The notes: a model not told the origin generated them from the sequence alone. 36,227 nucleotides of DNA from Dehalococcoidales bacterium (GCA_036787005.1 DAIQQC010000005.1:1-36227); one strand, 5' to 3'. Counted from the first letter of the stretch, positions 1-9,125 are shown. Numbers and translations: made by a program.

Positions 1-41
1 GCGTTCATATTCATTTCCCAGAGAATAAGAACTTTTGCCAT
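1..41 (-). CDS. 5' end of an unidentified gene (partial, leaves window)
   Basis: Minus-strand ATG at 41..39 with AAAGGAG (rc of 49..55) 7 nt upstream; encodes MAKVLILWEMNMN...; too short to name. Confidence 0.3.
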   Translation of the reverse strand, partial: MAKVLILWEMNMN

Positions 42-186
42 GTTGATGCTCCTTTATCATTAAAGATAAAAACTGCGGCTACCAGGTAAATTCAAGCTTT
101 ACTTTATAGACGCCACCTCCTCTTTGTCCGGATATTTATTGTTAAGTAGAGCCATTATAATTTTCAATATGTTTAATGTCAAATTT

Positions 187-216
187 TTGACTTTTTCCTC
201 CTCCGGGCGTTATAAT
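187..216 (+). promoter_or_regulatory. sigma70-type promoter of the thiC leader
   Basis: TTGACT (187..192), 18-nt spacer, TATAAT (211..216), about 15 nt upstream of the riboswitch P1 stem. Confidence 0.5.
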
Positions 217-230
217 TTCAATAGAATATA

Positions 231-316
231 CCGCTAGGGGTGCTCCGGGCTGAGATCCCCGATAAATCGGGGGACCCTTGGAACCTGAACTCGGTAATCC
301 GAGCGTAGGGAAGCGG
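231..316 (+). promoter_or_regulatory. TPP (THI-box) riboswitch aptamer
   Basis: CCGCUAGGGGUGCUCCGGGCUGAGAUCCCCGAUAAAUCGGGGGACCCUUGGAACCUGAACUCGGUAAUCCGAGCGUAGGGAAGCGG. Canonical GGGGUGC, CUGAGA, ACCUGA and GUAGGGAA cores; P1 closes ccgc/gcgg; lies directly upstream of thiC. Confidence 0.9.
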
Positions 317-325
317 CCTTACTGA

Positions 326-363
326 AACCAGGGGTCAATTCAGCCTCTGGTTTTGTTGTTTTT
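326..363 (+). terminator. riboswitch expression-platform intrinsic terminator
   Basis: 9-bp stem aaccagggg (326..334) / cctctggtt (344..352, one G-U), 9-nt loop, then TTGTTGTTTTT. Confidence 0.6.
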
Positions 364-378
364 AAGGGGGTGGTTGCT

Positions 379-1674
379 ATGACACAACTGGAAATTGCCA
401 GGAAGGGCGAAGTCTCGCCGCAGATGGAGTTGGTGGCTAATGCCGAAGGGCTCGCTGTTGAGCTTATCAGACAGCGCGTGGCGGCGGGGACGATAGTTAT
501 CCCGGCTAACGTTCGTCATGATAACCTTGTTCCCTGCGGCATCGGCGAGGGTCTCTCGACCAAGGTCAATGCCAATATCGGCACATCCTCCGACTTCGGA
601 AACATCGATACGGAACTGGAGAAGCTACGGGTAGCTATCAACGCCGGCGCGGACACGGTCATGGACCTGAGCACCGGCGGCGACATTCCGGCTGTGCGGC
701 GGGGGATCCTGGCCGCCAGCAGCCGACCCATCGGCACGGTGCCCATTTACCAGGCGGGCATCGGGGCCATCGAGAAACATGGCGCCATCGTGAAGATGGG
801 TGTCGAAGATGTCTTTCAGGCCGTTGAAGACAACGCCCGCGACGGCGTCGATTTTATTACCGTGCACTGCGGGGTTACGATGGCGGCCATCGACCGGCTG
901 AGAAAACAGGGTCGGGTGACGGATATCGTCTCGCGGGGCGGCGCCTTCACGGTCGGCTGGATGCTGCACAACGATAAGGAGAACCCGCTCTACGAATACT
1001 TCGACCGCCTGCTGGATATCGCGCTGGAATATGACGTTACCCTGAGCCTCGGCGACGGCATGCGGCCCGGCTCCCTGGCCGACGCCACCGACCGCACCCA
1101 GGTGCAGGAGCTTATTACTTTAGGGGAGCTGGTGCAGCGCGCTCAGGACGCCGGCGTCCAGGTGATGGTAGAGGGGCCGGGGCATATACCGCTCGACCAG
1201 ATTGAGACCAACGTACGTTTACAGAAGGCGCTCTGCAAGGGCGCCCCGTTCTACGTGCTGGGCCCGCTGGTGACGGACATCGCTGCGGGCTACGACCATA
1301 TCACCGGCGCCATCGGCGGGGCCATCGCCGCGATGCACGGCGCCGACTTTCTCTGTTACGTGACGCCGTCCGAGCACCTGGCCATCCCCGATGTCGCGGA
1401 CGTGCGGGAAGGGGTTATCGCCTCGCGCATCGCCGCCCACGCGGCGGACATCGTCAAGGGCATCAGGGGCGCCGGAGACAGAGACCGGCAGATGGCAATG
1501 GCGCGAAAGCGCCTCGACTGGGAGGAGCAGGCCAGGCTGGCGTTAGACCCGGAGAAGGTCCGCCGGGTACACGGCCAGCGGGCTTCGACCGGTTCCGCCT
1601 GCAGCATGTGCGGGCAGTACTGCGCCATGGACCTCGTGGGAAAGTACCTGGGCGTAAAAGCCGCCCGGTGTTAG
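379..1674 (+). CDS. thiC: phosphomethylpyrimidine synthase ThiC
   Basis: ORF 370..1674. ATG 379 lies 8 nt after AAGGGGG, so it is preferred over GTG 370. Radical-SAM ThiC layout with C-terminal CSMCGQYC Fe-S motif and GPGHIPL; TPP riboswitch upstream. Confidence 0.95.
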   Translation: MTQLEIARKGEVSPQMELVANAEGLAVELIRQRVAAGTIVIPANVRHDNLVPCGIGEGLSTKVNANIGTSSDFGNIDTELEKLRVAINAGADTVMDLSTGGDIPAVRRGILAASSRPIGTVPIYQAGIGAIEKHGAIVKMGVEDVFQAVEDNARDGVDFITVHCGVTMAAIDRLRKQGRVTDIVSRGGAFTVGWMLHNDKENPLYEYFDRLLDIALEYDVTLSLGDGMRPGSLADATDRTQVQELITLGELVQRAQDAGVQVMVEGPGHIPLDQIETNVRLQKALCKGAPFYVLGPLVTDIAAGYDHITGAIGGAIAAMHGADFLCYVTPSEHLAIPDVADVREGVIASRIAAHAADIVKGIRGAGDRDRQMAMARKRLDWEEQARLALDPEKVRRVHGQRASTGSACSMCGQYCAMDLVGKYLGVKAARC

Positions 1675-1796
1675 CGGCCTGAAGTCCGTTTATGATAACG
1701 CCGGCGAGGGCGTGAAAGGCGTTTAGGCCGGTTTTACGCCACAATCGCACGGATGAGAGCAATTAGTTAGAGGCGTAAATATCAGGGTCAGCTTGG

Positions 1797-1824
1797 TTGA
1801 CATTTGTCCCCGTAGTAGTAGAAT
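1797..1824 (+). promoter_or_regulatory. sigma70-type promoter, apparently giving a leaderless or near-leaderless mRNA
   Basis: TTGACA (1797..1802), 16-nt spacer, TAGAAT (1819..1824). The ATG of the next gene is at 1834, only 9 nt past the -10, with no SD in between. Confidence 0.5.
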
Positions 1825-1833
1825 GATGGTGTT

Positions 1834-3135
1834 ATGGGACTTTTCGGCTCTTCCGGCATACGCGCCGTTTTCGATAAAGACCTGCTCACGCTGGCGTTCC
1901 GGGCGGGGCTGGCGGTCGGCGCTCAATACAAGAACGTGGTGATCGGCCGGGACACCCGGACGTCCGGCGACGCCATGAAGCACGTGGTTATCGCCGGGCT
2001 GCTGGCGGCGGGCGCGCAATGCCAGGACGCCGGGGTAGTCCCCACCCCGACTCTCGCCTACGTTACGCGCGAGTTCGATGCCGGCGTGATGATCACCGCT
2101 TCTCATAATCCCCCCGAGTATAACGGCCTGAAATTGCTCAATCCGGACGGCTCGTCATTCGGTGCGGAACAGCAGGCGCGGGTAGAAAAAGGCATAAAAG
2201 CGGATCCCTTCGAGACGGACAAGTGGGATAACATCGAAACCAGCGGCCGGTACGACAGCGCGGTGATACGGCACATCGAAGCCATAGCTTCGGGTTTTAA
2301 ACCGGACTTGAAGGTGAAAGCGGTGGTGGACGCCGGCGGCGGGGCCGCCTCGGAGGTCACGCCGTTACTGCTGGAAAAACTCGGTACTGAGGTAATACCC
2401 TTATACTGCCATCCCACCGGCTTTTTCCCCCGCGGCATCGAGCCTGTTGAAGATAATCTTACCGAGCTATGCCGCCTGGTAACAGAGTCCGGGGCGGCGG
2501 TGGGCATCGCGCACGACGGTGACGCCGACCGTATGATGGCGGTCGATGAAAAGGGCCGGTATATCACCGGCGATAAACTGCTGGCAGTGCTGGCGCGGGC
2601 GGTAGGGGCCAGGGACGTGGTGACAACGCTGGACGCCTCCATGGCCGTCGAAACGCTGGGTTTCAAAGTACGCCGGACAAGGATAGGCGACACCTGGGTG
2701 TCCGAGGAGCTGAAAAAGGGTGGGGATTTCGGCGGGGAGACTGCTGGTGCGTGGATATTTCCGGAGATATCGCTCTGCCCCGACGGCATTTATGCCGCCG
2801 CCCAAATAGCGTCTATCGCATCTCAATACCGGCTTTCCGAGCTGGTGGACGCCGTACCGGTTTATCCGCTGCGACGCGGCAGTGTCGGCAGCGACGGGCT
2901 GGACAAAGCCAGGCTGGAGTCGGGACTGAAAGCCTTGAAGCCTAAAGCGATCACCAACACCGACGGATTTAAACTTGATTTTACGGACGGCTGGCTGCTG
3001 GTGCGCCCTTCCGGCACCGAGCCTAAAATAAGGCTGACGGCCGAAGCGCGGACCGAGGCGAGGGCACAAGCGTTGTATAATGAAGGTCTCAGGGCTGTAG
3101 AAAGCTCAATGATGAACGCGGGGAGAAAAAGTTGA
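1834..3135 (+). CDS. glmM: alpha-D-phosphohexomutase, probably archaeal-type phosphoglucosamine mutase (PMM/PGM activity not excluded)
   Basis: 433 aa. Phosphoserine loop TASHNPPEYNG, metal site GIAHDGDADR, sugar loop GGETAG. Followed by GlmU-like genes and glmS. Confidence 0.8.
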   Translation: MGLFGSSGIRAVFDKDLLTLAFRAGLAVGAQYKNVVIGRDTRTSGDAMKHVVIAGLLAAGAQCQDAGVVPTPTLAYVTREFDAGVMITASHNPPEYNGLKLLNPDGSSFGAEQQARVEKGIKADPFETDKWDNIETSGRYDSAVIRHIEAIASGFKPDLKVKAVVDAGGGAASEVTPLLLEKLGTEVIPLYCHPTGFFPRGIEPVEDNLTELCRLVTESGAAVGIAHDGDADRMMAVDEKGRYITGDKLLAVLARAVGARDVVTTLDASMAVETLGFKVRRTRIGDTWVSEELKKGGDFGGETAGAWIFPEISLCPDGIYAAAQIASIASQYRLSELVDAVPVYPLRRGSVGSDGLDKARLESGLKALKPKAITNTDGFKLDFTDGWLLVRPSGTEPKIRLTAEARTEARAQALYNEGLRAVESSMMNAGRKS

Positions 3136-4334
3136 AAGCAGTAATTTTAGCCGCCGGCGAAGGCCACCGGATGCGCCCGCTCACCGGAAACCGCCCCAAG
3201 GTGATGCTGCCCATCGCCAACAAGCCGATACTGGAGCACCTTCTTAACGAAGTAAAGGCGGCCGGCGTTACCGACTTTATTTTCATCGTCGGCTACTGCG
3301 ACGAGCAGGTGAGGAGCTACTTCGGCAAGGGCGAGAAATGGGGAGTGGACATCGCCTACTCGGAGCAACGGAAACAGCTGGGCACGGCGGACGCCATCAG
3401 GATGGTCGAAGACATGGTTGACGGCATCTTCCTGGTCATCAACGGCGATGTCATCGTCGACCGCAAAGACATTGTGAAACTGATAAAAAACACCCACAAC
3501 ACCATGAGCGGCATCGAGGTCAAAGATCCGCGCGGCCTGGGGATGGTGGAAATTTCCGGGAAGAAAGTTGTTAACATTTATGAAAAAACGGAGCAGCCGC
3601 CCACGCTGATCGCCAACGCCGGTCTCTACCTCTTCACCCCGGAGGTGTTCGAAGCCGCCTCCCGTACGGAAAAATCGCCCCGCGGCGAGTACGAAATAAC
3701 CGACACGTTAAAAATACTAATGAAAACCAGGCCCGGACTATACTTTCACCCGCTGCAGTCGTGGCTCGACCTCAGCTATCCCTGGGACCTGCTGGAAGCC
3801 AACGAAAAAATGCTGGCCGACCTCAAGGCGGAGAACCTGGGAGAGGTGGAGAAAAACGTTACCCTGAAAGGGGCGGTCGTTATCGGTAAGAATACGGTCG
3901 TCAGGTCCGGGTCTTACATCGAAGGTCCGGTCATCATCGGGGAGGACTGCCGCATCGGGCCGAACTGCTATATACGGCCCTATACGACCATCGGGAAGGG
4001 CTGCCATATCGGGGCGGCAGTGGAAGTAAAGAACTCGATCATCATGAACGGCACCGATTTTCCCCACCTGAACTACGTCGGGGACAGTGTTATCGGCGCC
4101 GGCTGCAACTTCGGGGCCGGCACCAAAATTGCCAACCTGCGGCTGGACAAGCAGAACGTTAAAGTAGCCGGCCTCGATACCGGGCGGCGCAAGCTCGGGG
4201 CGATCGTCGGCGACCATGTCGAGACGGGCATTAATACATCGATTAACGTCGGCACCATGATCGGCAATAACACATTTATCGGGCCGGGGGTGGTGGTAAA
4301 GGGCACAATCGTACCGGACTCGAAGCTATTTTAG
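3132..4334 (+). CDS. sugar-1-phosphate nucleotidyltransferase with C-terminal left-handed beta-helix acyltransferase domain (archaeal GlmU-type)
   Basis: TTG start overlaps the glmM stop (TTGA), with GGGAGA RBS 5 nt upstream. N-terminal LAAGEGHRMRPLTGNRPK motif; C-terminal hexapeptide repeats (IGKNTVV, IGEDCRIG, IGKGCHIG, IGAGCNFG). Confidence 0.8.
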   Translation: MKAVILAAGEGHRMRPLTGNRPKVMLPIANKPILEHLLNEVKAAGVTDFIFIVGYCDEQVRSYFGKGEKWGVDIAYSEQRKQLGTADAIRMVEDMVDGIFLVINGDVIVDRKDIVKLIKNTHNTMSGIEVKDPRGLGMVEISGKKVVNIYEKTEQPPTLIANAGLYLFTPEVFEAASRTEKSPRGEYEITDTLKILMKTRPGLYFHPLQSWLDLSYPWDLLEANEKMLADLKAENLGEVEKNVTLKGAVVIGKNTVVRSGSYIEGPVIIGEDCRIGPNCYIRPYTTIGKGCHIGAAVEVKNSIIMNGTDFPHLNYVGDSVIGAGCNFGAGTKIANLRLDKQNVKVAGLDTGRRKLGAIVGDHVETGINTSINVGTMIGNNTFIGPGVVVKGTIVPDSKLF

Positions 4335-4343
4335 AGGTGGTCT

Positions 4344-5519
4344 ATGAAACAGGCAGTGATCCTGGCAGCAGGCGAGGGGCAGCGCCTCCGCCCGTTCACC
4401 CTTAACCGGCCCAAGGCGATGCTTTCCATCGCGGACAAACCGATACTGCAGTACATTATCGAAGCCCTGGCGTTTAACGGCATCCGTAATATCGTCATTA
4501 TCGTAGGCTACCGCAAGGAGCAGGTCTATGATTACTTCGGCTCCGGCGAGCGCTGCGGCGTCAACATAACCTACGTCACCCAGGTGCCGCAACTGGGCAC
4601 CGCCCATGCCCTTTTACAGGCCAGGGAATACGTCGATGATGAGTTTCTCGTTCTTTCCGGTGATAACCTCATCGAGGCGCCTACCATCGCCCGGTTCGTG
4701 CAAGTAAAGCCCTCGGCCCTGCTGGTGAAGAGGGTAGAAAATCCCGTCCGGTACGGGGTGGTGAATATCGAGGAGGGCGAGGTGCGGGACATCGCGGAAA
4801 AACCGGTGGAAGCGAAAAGCAACCTGGTCAATACCGGCATCTACGCTTTTACCAAGGACATCTTCAGGTTCACGGAAGACGTGCTGGATATCCCGGACGC
4901 CCTGAACAACATGCTGGCCGGCGACCAGCCTATTGCCGCCTGCGAGACCGACGGAACCTGGCTGGACGTGGTCTATCCCTGGGATATAATCAGCCTCAAT
5001 GATGCGGTGCTGAAGAACATCGGGGTCAGCCTGGGCGGCACCATCGAAGCCGGAGTCTCAATACGCGGGAACGTGGTGGTAGGGGCGGGCTCCATCGTCC
5101 GTTCCGGCTCGTGTATTTACGGCCCCGCCGTTATCGGGTCGGGCTGCGAAATCGGGCCGCAGGTCTGTGTCATGCCTTCTACCAGCATCGGCGATAACGT
5201 TACTATTTCACCGTTCAGCGAGATCAGGAACAGCGTCATCGGCGACGACGTCGCCATCGGCCCGGGCTCTATCGTCAGCGACTCCGTTATCGACAAGGGC
5301 TGCGTGCTGAAGGGCCGGTTTACCGCCCTCGGCGGGCCGAGCGAGGTAAGGGTCAGCGGTGAGAGCCCTGCGATTAACGTGGGCGTGATCATGGGCGAGG
5401 AATGCCAGGTCGAAGGCAATGTCACCGCCCAGCCGGGAGTTATCATCGGCAACTACTGCCAGGTCCAGATGATGAAAACTCTCAGCGGCCGGATACCGGA
5501 CCGCAGCCTGGTCTATTAA
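4344..5519 (+). CDS. second GlmU-like nucleotidyltransferase/LbH paralog
   Basis: 391 aa. LAAGEGQRLRPFTLNRPK motif; C-terminal hexapeptide repeats (VGAGSIV, IGSGCEIG, IGDNVTI, IGDDVAIG). Same architecture as the upstream gene. Confidence 0.75.
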   Translation: MKQAVILAAGEGQRLRPFTLNRPKAMLSIADKPILQYIIEALAFNGIRNIVIIVGYRKEQVYDYFGSGERCGVNITYVTQVPQLGTAHALLQAREYVDDEFLVLSGDNLIEAPTIARFVQVKPSALLVKRVENPVRYGVVNIEEGEVRDIAEKPVEAKSNLVNTGIYAFTKDIFRFTEDVLDIPDALNNMLAGDQPIAACETDGTWLDVVYPWDIISLNDAVLKNIGVSLGGTIEAGVSIRGNVVVGAGSIVRSGSCIYGPAVIGSGCEIGPQVCVMPSTSIGDNVTISPFSEIRNSVIGDDVAIGPGSIVSDSVIDKGCVLKGRFTALGGPSEVRVSGESPAINVGVIMGEECQVEGNVTAQPGVIIGNYCQVQMMKTLSGRIPDRSLVY

Positions 5520-5550
5520 GCGAGAGGGTAACTAAAGGGAATATTTCACC

Positions 5551-7341
5551 ATGTGCGGCATTATCGGTTACATCGGGTCGAAGAAAGCTCAGCCGGTTCT
5601 GCTTAACTGCCTGGCCAAGCTGGAATACCGCGGTTATGATTCCTGCGGCATCGCCGTGATGTCTAAAGGCATTGATGTCTATAAAGACGCCGTCAGGGTT
5701 AAGGCGCTGGCCAAAGCGGCGCCGGAGTTCGAAGGCGTGGTGGGCATCGGCCACACGCGCTGGGCGACGCACGGCGAGCCGTCTCGCCAGAACGCCCATC
5801 CGCACTGCGACTGCACCGGGCGGATTGCCGTGGTGCATAACGGCACCATCACCAACTACCACAAGCTCAGGGAACAGCTGACCGCCGAAGGGCATATCCT
5901 GGCTTCCCAGACCGATACCGAGGTCCTGCCGCACCTGATCGAGAAGTATTACGACGGCGATTTTGCCCGGGCGGTAGAGCGGGCGCTGGACGATGTCGAA
6001 GGCGCCTACACCATGATCGCCATGATGACGGAAGAGCCGCGGCTGGTGGCGGCCAGGAAGGACAGCCCGCTGATCATCGGCATCGGCGACCGTGAGAACT
6101 ATATCGCCTCGGACGTGCCGGCCCTGCTCGATTATACCAGCCGCGTCATCTACCTGGAGGACGGGGACATCGCCGTGATCACGGCCGGCGATATTACCTT
6201 ACGGAACGGCGGTTCCGGCGTGAATCGTGAGGAACACAAGATATTATGGAGCGTGGAAGACGCCCAGAAGGGCGGCTACGAGCACTTCATGCTCAAGGAG
6301 ATCCACGAGCAGCCCAAGGTGATCCGGGATACCCTCGCGGAATATCTCTCGGAGTATATTTCCTCGGCCAAGAAAGCGGCGGACCTGACCAGAGGCGGCG
6401 GGCTGGAGGACATGCTCATCCTGGCCAGCGGGACGTCGTATCATGCCGGGCTGGTTGGCAAATACATCATCGAAGCGCTGATGAAGGTCCCGGTAAGGGT
6501 CGAGCTGGCCTCCGAATATATCTACAGCGGCCAGGCGCTGCCCCGGAACAAGGCGATCGTTATCACGCAGTCCGGCGAGACGCTCGACGCGCTGAAGGCC
6601 ATCAAGCGACTCAGAGAAGCGGGGTCGCGCGTGATCACCCTGACCAACGTGGTCGGGAGCACGGCGAGCCGCGTCGCCGACGAGACGGTCTATACCCGGG
6701 CGGGACCGGAGATCAGCGCGGCGGCCACCAAGACCTTCATCGCCCAGCTCATCGCTTTGTACTGGATGGCGATACCTTACGCCAGGGCCGACGTCAGGCG
6801 GCCGGGCGACCTCGTCCTGGAGCTCAGGCAGCTGCCGGGCAAAGTCCAGCAGATACTGGACAACCAGACGTTGATCGCGGATGCCGCCCGGCAAATCGCT
6901 AAATCGGAGAACGTCTTCTATGTGGGCCGGGGGATCAACTACCCCATCGCCCTGGAGGGCGCACTAAAGCTCAAAGAGATTTCTTATATCCACGCTGAGG
7001 GTTATGCCTCCGGGGAGTTGAAGCACGGGCCGTATGCCTTGCTGGGCGCTCAGTCTCCGGTGGTGGCTGTCGTGACCCAGGACAACACCTACGAAGCCAC
7101 TACGACCAGCCTCAAGGAAATTAAAGCGAGGAAATCGCCGGTGCTGGCGGTGGTGGGTGAGGGCGATGATACCATGGCGGAACTGGCTGACTCGGTTATT
7201 ACGGTGCCGCGCACCGACCCCCTGTTTTCGCCGGTGGTGAACGTCGTTGTCCTGCAGCTTCTGGCGTACTACGTGGCTAAAGAGCGCGGCTGCCCTATAG
7301 ATTTCCCCCGCAACCTGGCCAAGACCCTCACCGTGGAATAA
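5551..7341 (+). CDS. glmS: glutamine--fructose-6-phosphate aminotransferase
   Basis: 596 aa. Ntn amidotransferase start MCGIIGY, two SIS domains, typical C-terminus ...LAKTLTVE. Confidence 0.95.
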   Translation: MCGIIGYIGSKKAQPVLLNCLAKLEYRGYDSCGIAVMSKGIDVYKDAVRVKALAKAAPEFEGVVGIGHTRWATHGEPSRQNAHPHCDCTGRIAVVHNGTITNYHKLREQLTAEGHILASQTDTEVLPHLIEKYYDGDFARAVERALDDVEGAYTMIAMMTEEPRLVAARKDSPLIIGIGDRENYIASDVPALLDYTSRVIYLEDGDIAVITAGDITLRNGGSGVNREEHKILWSVEDAQKGGYEHFMLKEIHEQPKVIRDTLAEYLSEYISSAKKAADLTRGGGLEDMLILASGTSYHAGLVGKYIIEALMKVPVRVELASEYIYSGQALPRNKAIVITQSGETLDALKAIKRLREAGSRVITLTNVVGSTASRVADETVYTRAGPEISAAATKTFIAQLIALYWMAIPYARADVRRPGDLVLELRQLPGKVQQILDNQTLIADAARQIAKSENVFYVGRGINYPIALEGALKLKEISYIHAEGYASGELKHGPYALLGAQSPVVAVVTQDNTYEATTTSLKEIKARKSPVLAVVGEGDDTMAELADSVITVPRTDPLFSPVVNVVVLQLLAYYVAKERGCPIDFPRNLAKTLTVE

Positions 7342-7407
7342 ACAGCCGTTATTCCCGCGGTCTGTTTTGCCCCCTTTTGTTTTTCCAGTGTGGTAAAATT
7401 AATCGGT

Positions 7408-7857
7408 ATGAACGTTAAGATCATCGCCACCAATCATAAGGCCTATCATAACTACTATGTCGGTGATAGTTTTGAGGCGGGCATCGCCCTGACCGGCTCG
7501 GAAATAAAGTCGATCCGGCAGGGGAGGGTAAGCCTGGGCGACGCCTATGTCCAGCCCAAGGGCAGGGAACTCTGGCTGGTCAACGCCCACATCGCCCGGT
7601 ACGACGCGAGCAGCTATATGGGGCACGAGCCGACCCGCCCCCGCAAGCTGCTGATGCACCGTAAGGAAATCGTTAGCCTGGCGGGTCGGGTAGCGGAAAA
7701 GGGCCTGACTCTGGTGGCGACCAAGGTCTATCTGAAAAAAGGCATCGCCAAGGTAGAGATAGCCCTGGCCAAGGGCAAGAAGCTCTACGACAAGCGCGAG
7801 ACCATCAAGCGCCGCGAGGTGGATAGAATACTGGAAAGAACGGTAAAAAGCCGTTAG
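7408..7857 (+). CDS. smpB: SsrA-binding protein SmpB
   Basis: ORF 7390..7857. ATG 7408 gives the typical MNVKIIATNHKAYHNYYV start; GIALTGSEIKSIR motif and basic C-terminal tail; immediately upstream of ssrA. Confidence 0.9.
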   Translation: MNVKIIATNHKAYHNYYVGDSFEAGIALTGSEIKSIRQGRVSLGDAYVQPKGRELWLVNAHIARYDASSYMGHEPTRPRKLLMHRKEIVSLAGRVAEKGLTLVATKVYLKKGIAKVEIALAKGKKLYDKRETIKRREVDRILERTVKSR

Positions 7858-7895
7858 AATATAAAGAGGAGGTCTAAAAGGGTCCTCCAGTAAAT

Positions 7896-8245
7896 GGGGA
7901 CGCGCGGATTCGACAGGGGAAGTGAGTTACGGGACTGCAGGCCGAGGTGCCGCTCCCTCATTAAACCGGCGGCAAAAAACAAACGCAGAACCAGAAATGG
8001 TTGCAGCCTAACTAAATAGGTTGCCATCTGTCCCGACCCCACCCCGGCGGGTCGGGAACGGGTGCCGAAAAGCTGGGGTGCCATTGCCTCCACGCCGGTA
8101 AAGGCGATGAAAGATGTACCGGCTGGCCCGCCTTAACTCGGTCAGTTGAGGTAAGACGGGCAAGATAAAAGAGCTGACTAAGCTTGTAGCAGGTCCCGGG
8201 CAGCTTCTTCTGGACGGGGAGTTCGACTCTCCCCCGTCTCCACCA
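7896..8245 (+). ncRNA. ssrA: tmRNA (ssrA)
   Basis: 5' GGGGACG pairs with 3' CGUCUCC-ACCA, including the G3:U alanine identity wobble. T-arm-like GGGGAGUUCGACUCUCCCC. Candidate tag frame 7985..8011: GCA GAA CCA GAA AUG GUU GCA GCC UAA = AEPEMVAA*. Confidence 0.9.
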
Positions 8246-8258
8246 GGCACTTTAATAG

Positions 8259-8332
8259 TCTCCACCGCTACGTTATCCCGGCTCTCCCCCGCCTCCAAAA
8301 CAGGGGAGAGCTTAACAGCGGTGGAGATTTTT
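8259..8332 (+). terminator. two-tier hairpin plus T5, probable ssrA terminator, built from ssrA-3'-end-like sequence
   Basis: Outer 11-bp stem tctccaccgct (8259..8269) / agcggtggaga (8317..8327). Inner 9-bp stem gctctcccc (8281..8289) / ggggagagc (8303..8311). Followed by TTTTT (8328..8332). Confidence 0.5.
8282..8297 (+). repeat. degenerate direct copy of the ssrA 3' terminus (att-like scar)
   Basis: ctctcccccgCctcca (8282..8297) matches ssrA ctctcccccgTctcca (8227..8242) at 15/16. In addition, gtctccacc (8258..8266) repeats ssrA 8236..8244 at 9/9. Confidence 0.45.
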
Positions 8333-8379
8333 ACATCATCTGACCCGAGAGTGTTGCCCTTGAGTCGGGCAATTTGTCT

Positions 8380-8765
8380 GAGCGGGGAGTACTTTTCAAG
8401 GGCTTCTACTAATTGTTCCATTAGATAACGAATGTAGCGGTCGCCGCAGCCGGGAACGCGGTCACGTATCAGGCGCATCGCCAGGAATTCATCGTGGCTA
8501 GCCTTCGTCACCAGCGTGGCGAAAGTACGGCGCAGATCATGACCGGTGAAGCCTTGTATCCCGGCTCTCGCCTGCAGCCGTCCGATTAAGTCGGATATGC
8601 CGTCTTCCTCCAGTGGCGCCTACGGAGGCTCAGGACTTCAAGGGTTTTCAAGAAGCCCACTGTCCAAGTCTATCCGTAGAAAAGCTGAAGTTAAGTTATA
8701 CCTTCACGCGAGTGAAATGCCATCAGCACAGAGACTCGGACAAAGTAAAATACTAGCAATGTCGT
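8380..8765 (-). pseudogene. tyrosine recombinase/integrase remnant (N-terminal half missing, internal deletion, frame breaks)
   Basis: Minus frame below the in-frame TAG at 8620..8622 reads APLEEDGISDLIGRLQARAGIQGFTGHDLRRTFATLVTKASHDEFLAMRLIRDRVPGCGDRYIRYLMEQLVEALEK (HxLRxTFAT box and catalytic-Tyr region). A second frame at 8641..8691 reads TSAFLRIDLDSGLLENP* (the LRxxDIDL region). No start and no core-binding domain. Boundaries approximate. Confidence 0.7.
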
Positions 8766-8786
8766 ATACTCTATCTCAAACGGCAG

Positions 8787-9083
8787 CTAGATTTGATGCA
8801 CTTCTCCAGTAGCTTTATTTTTCCAATATCCCCGCTGCTGTAATGGCCAGTTAAAGGTGATTGCGCCGGGACGGGGGCAATCATTAGCGCAGCAGCCGCA
8901 ATACCAGCATTCGTCAGGATGTAATATAATTGGCGGTTTACCTTTTTGGGGATTAGGCATGTAAACATCTACCTGGCAGACTTCCACGCAGTGGTTGCAT
9001 CCATTGCATTTATCCTCATTAAAAGTCACTGGCTTGTTCGGGGAGGTAATATTGGGCATTGCGACTACTTTTGCTTTAGCCAT
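8787..9083 (-). CDS. 2x[4Fe-4S] ferredoxin, AprB-like small subunit
   Basis: 98 aa. CNGCNHCVEVC and CWYCGCCANDCP motifs; GGAGGA RBS; 42 nt downstream of the flavoprotein gene. Confidence 0.85.
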   Translation of the reverse strand: MAKAKVVAMPNITSPNKPVTFNEDKCNGCNHCVEVCQVDVYMPNPQKGKPPIILHPDECWYCGCCANDCPRPGAITFNWPLQQRGYWKNKATGEVHQI

Positions 9084-9125
9084 CTTTTTCCTCCAAAATC
9101 ACTCTGTTAACCGGCAATAAATCTC

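Noticed and set aside
7342-7407. Possible TAAAAT -10 (7394..7399) giving a leaderless smpB, analogous to the glmM promoter
   Set aside because: There is no acceptable -35 at 16-18 nt spacing. smpB may simply be read through from glmS. The evidence is too weak to report as a feature.
8008-8511. 167-aa minus-strand ORF
   Set aside because: Its 3' two thirds run antisense through the tmRNA gene. Only the first ~45 codons (8380..8511) are integrase-like, and they belong to the decayed integrase pseudogene. It is not an intact gene.
8546-8812. 88-aa + strand ORF downstream of ssrA
   Set aside because: It lies antisense to the integrase remnant and runs into the ferredoxin 3' end. It has no RBS and its composition is Ser/Ala-rich and non-coding-like.
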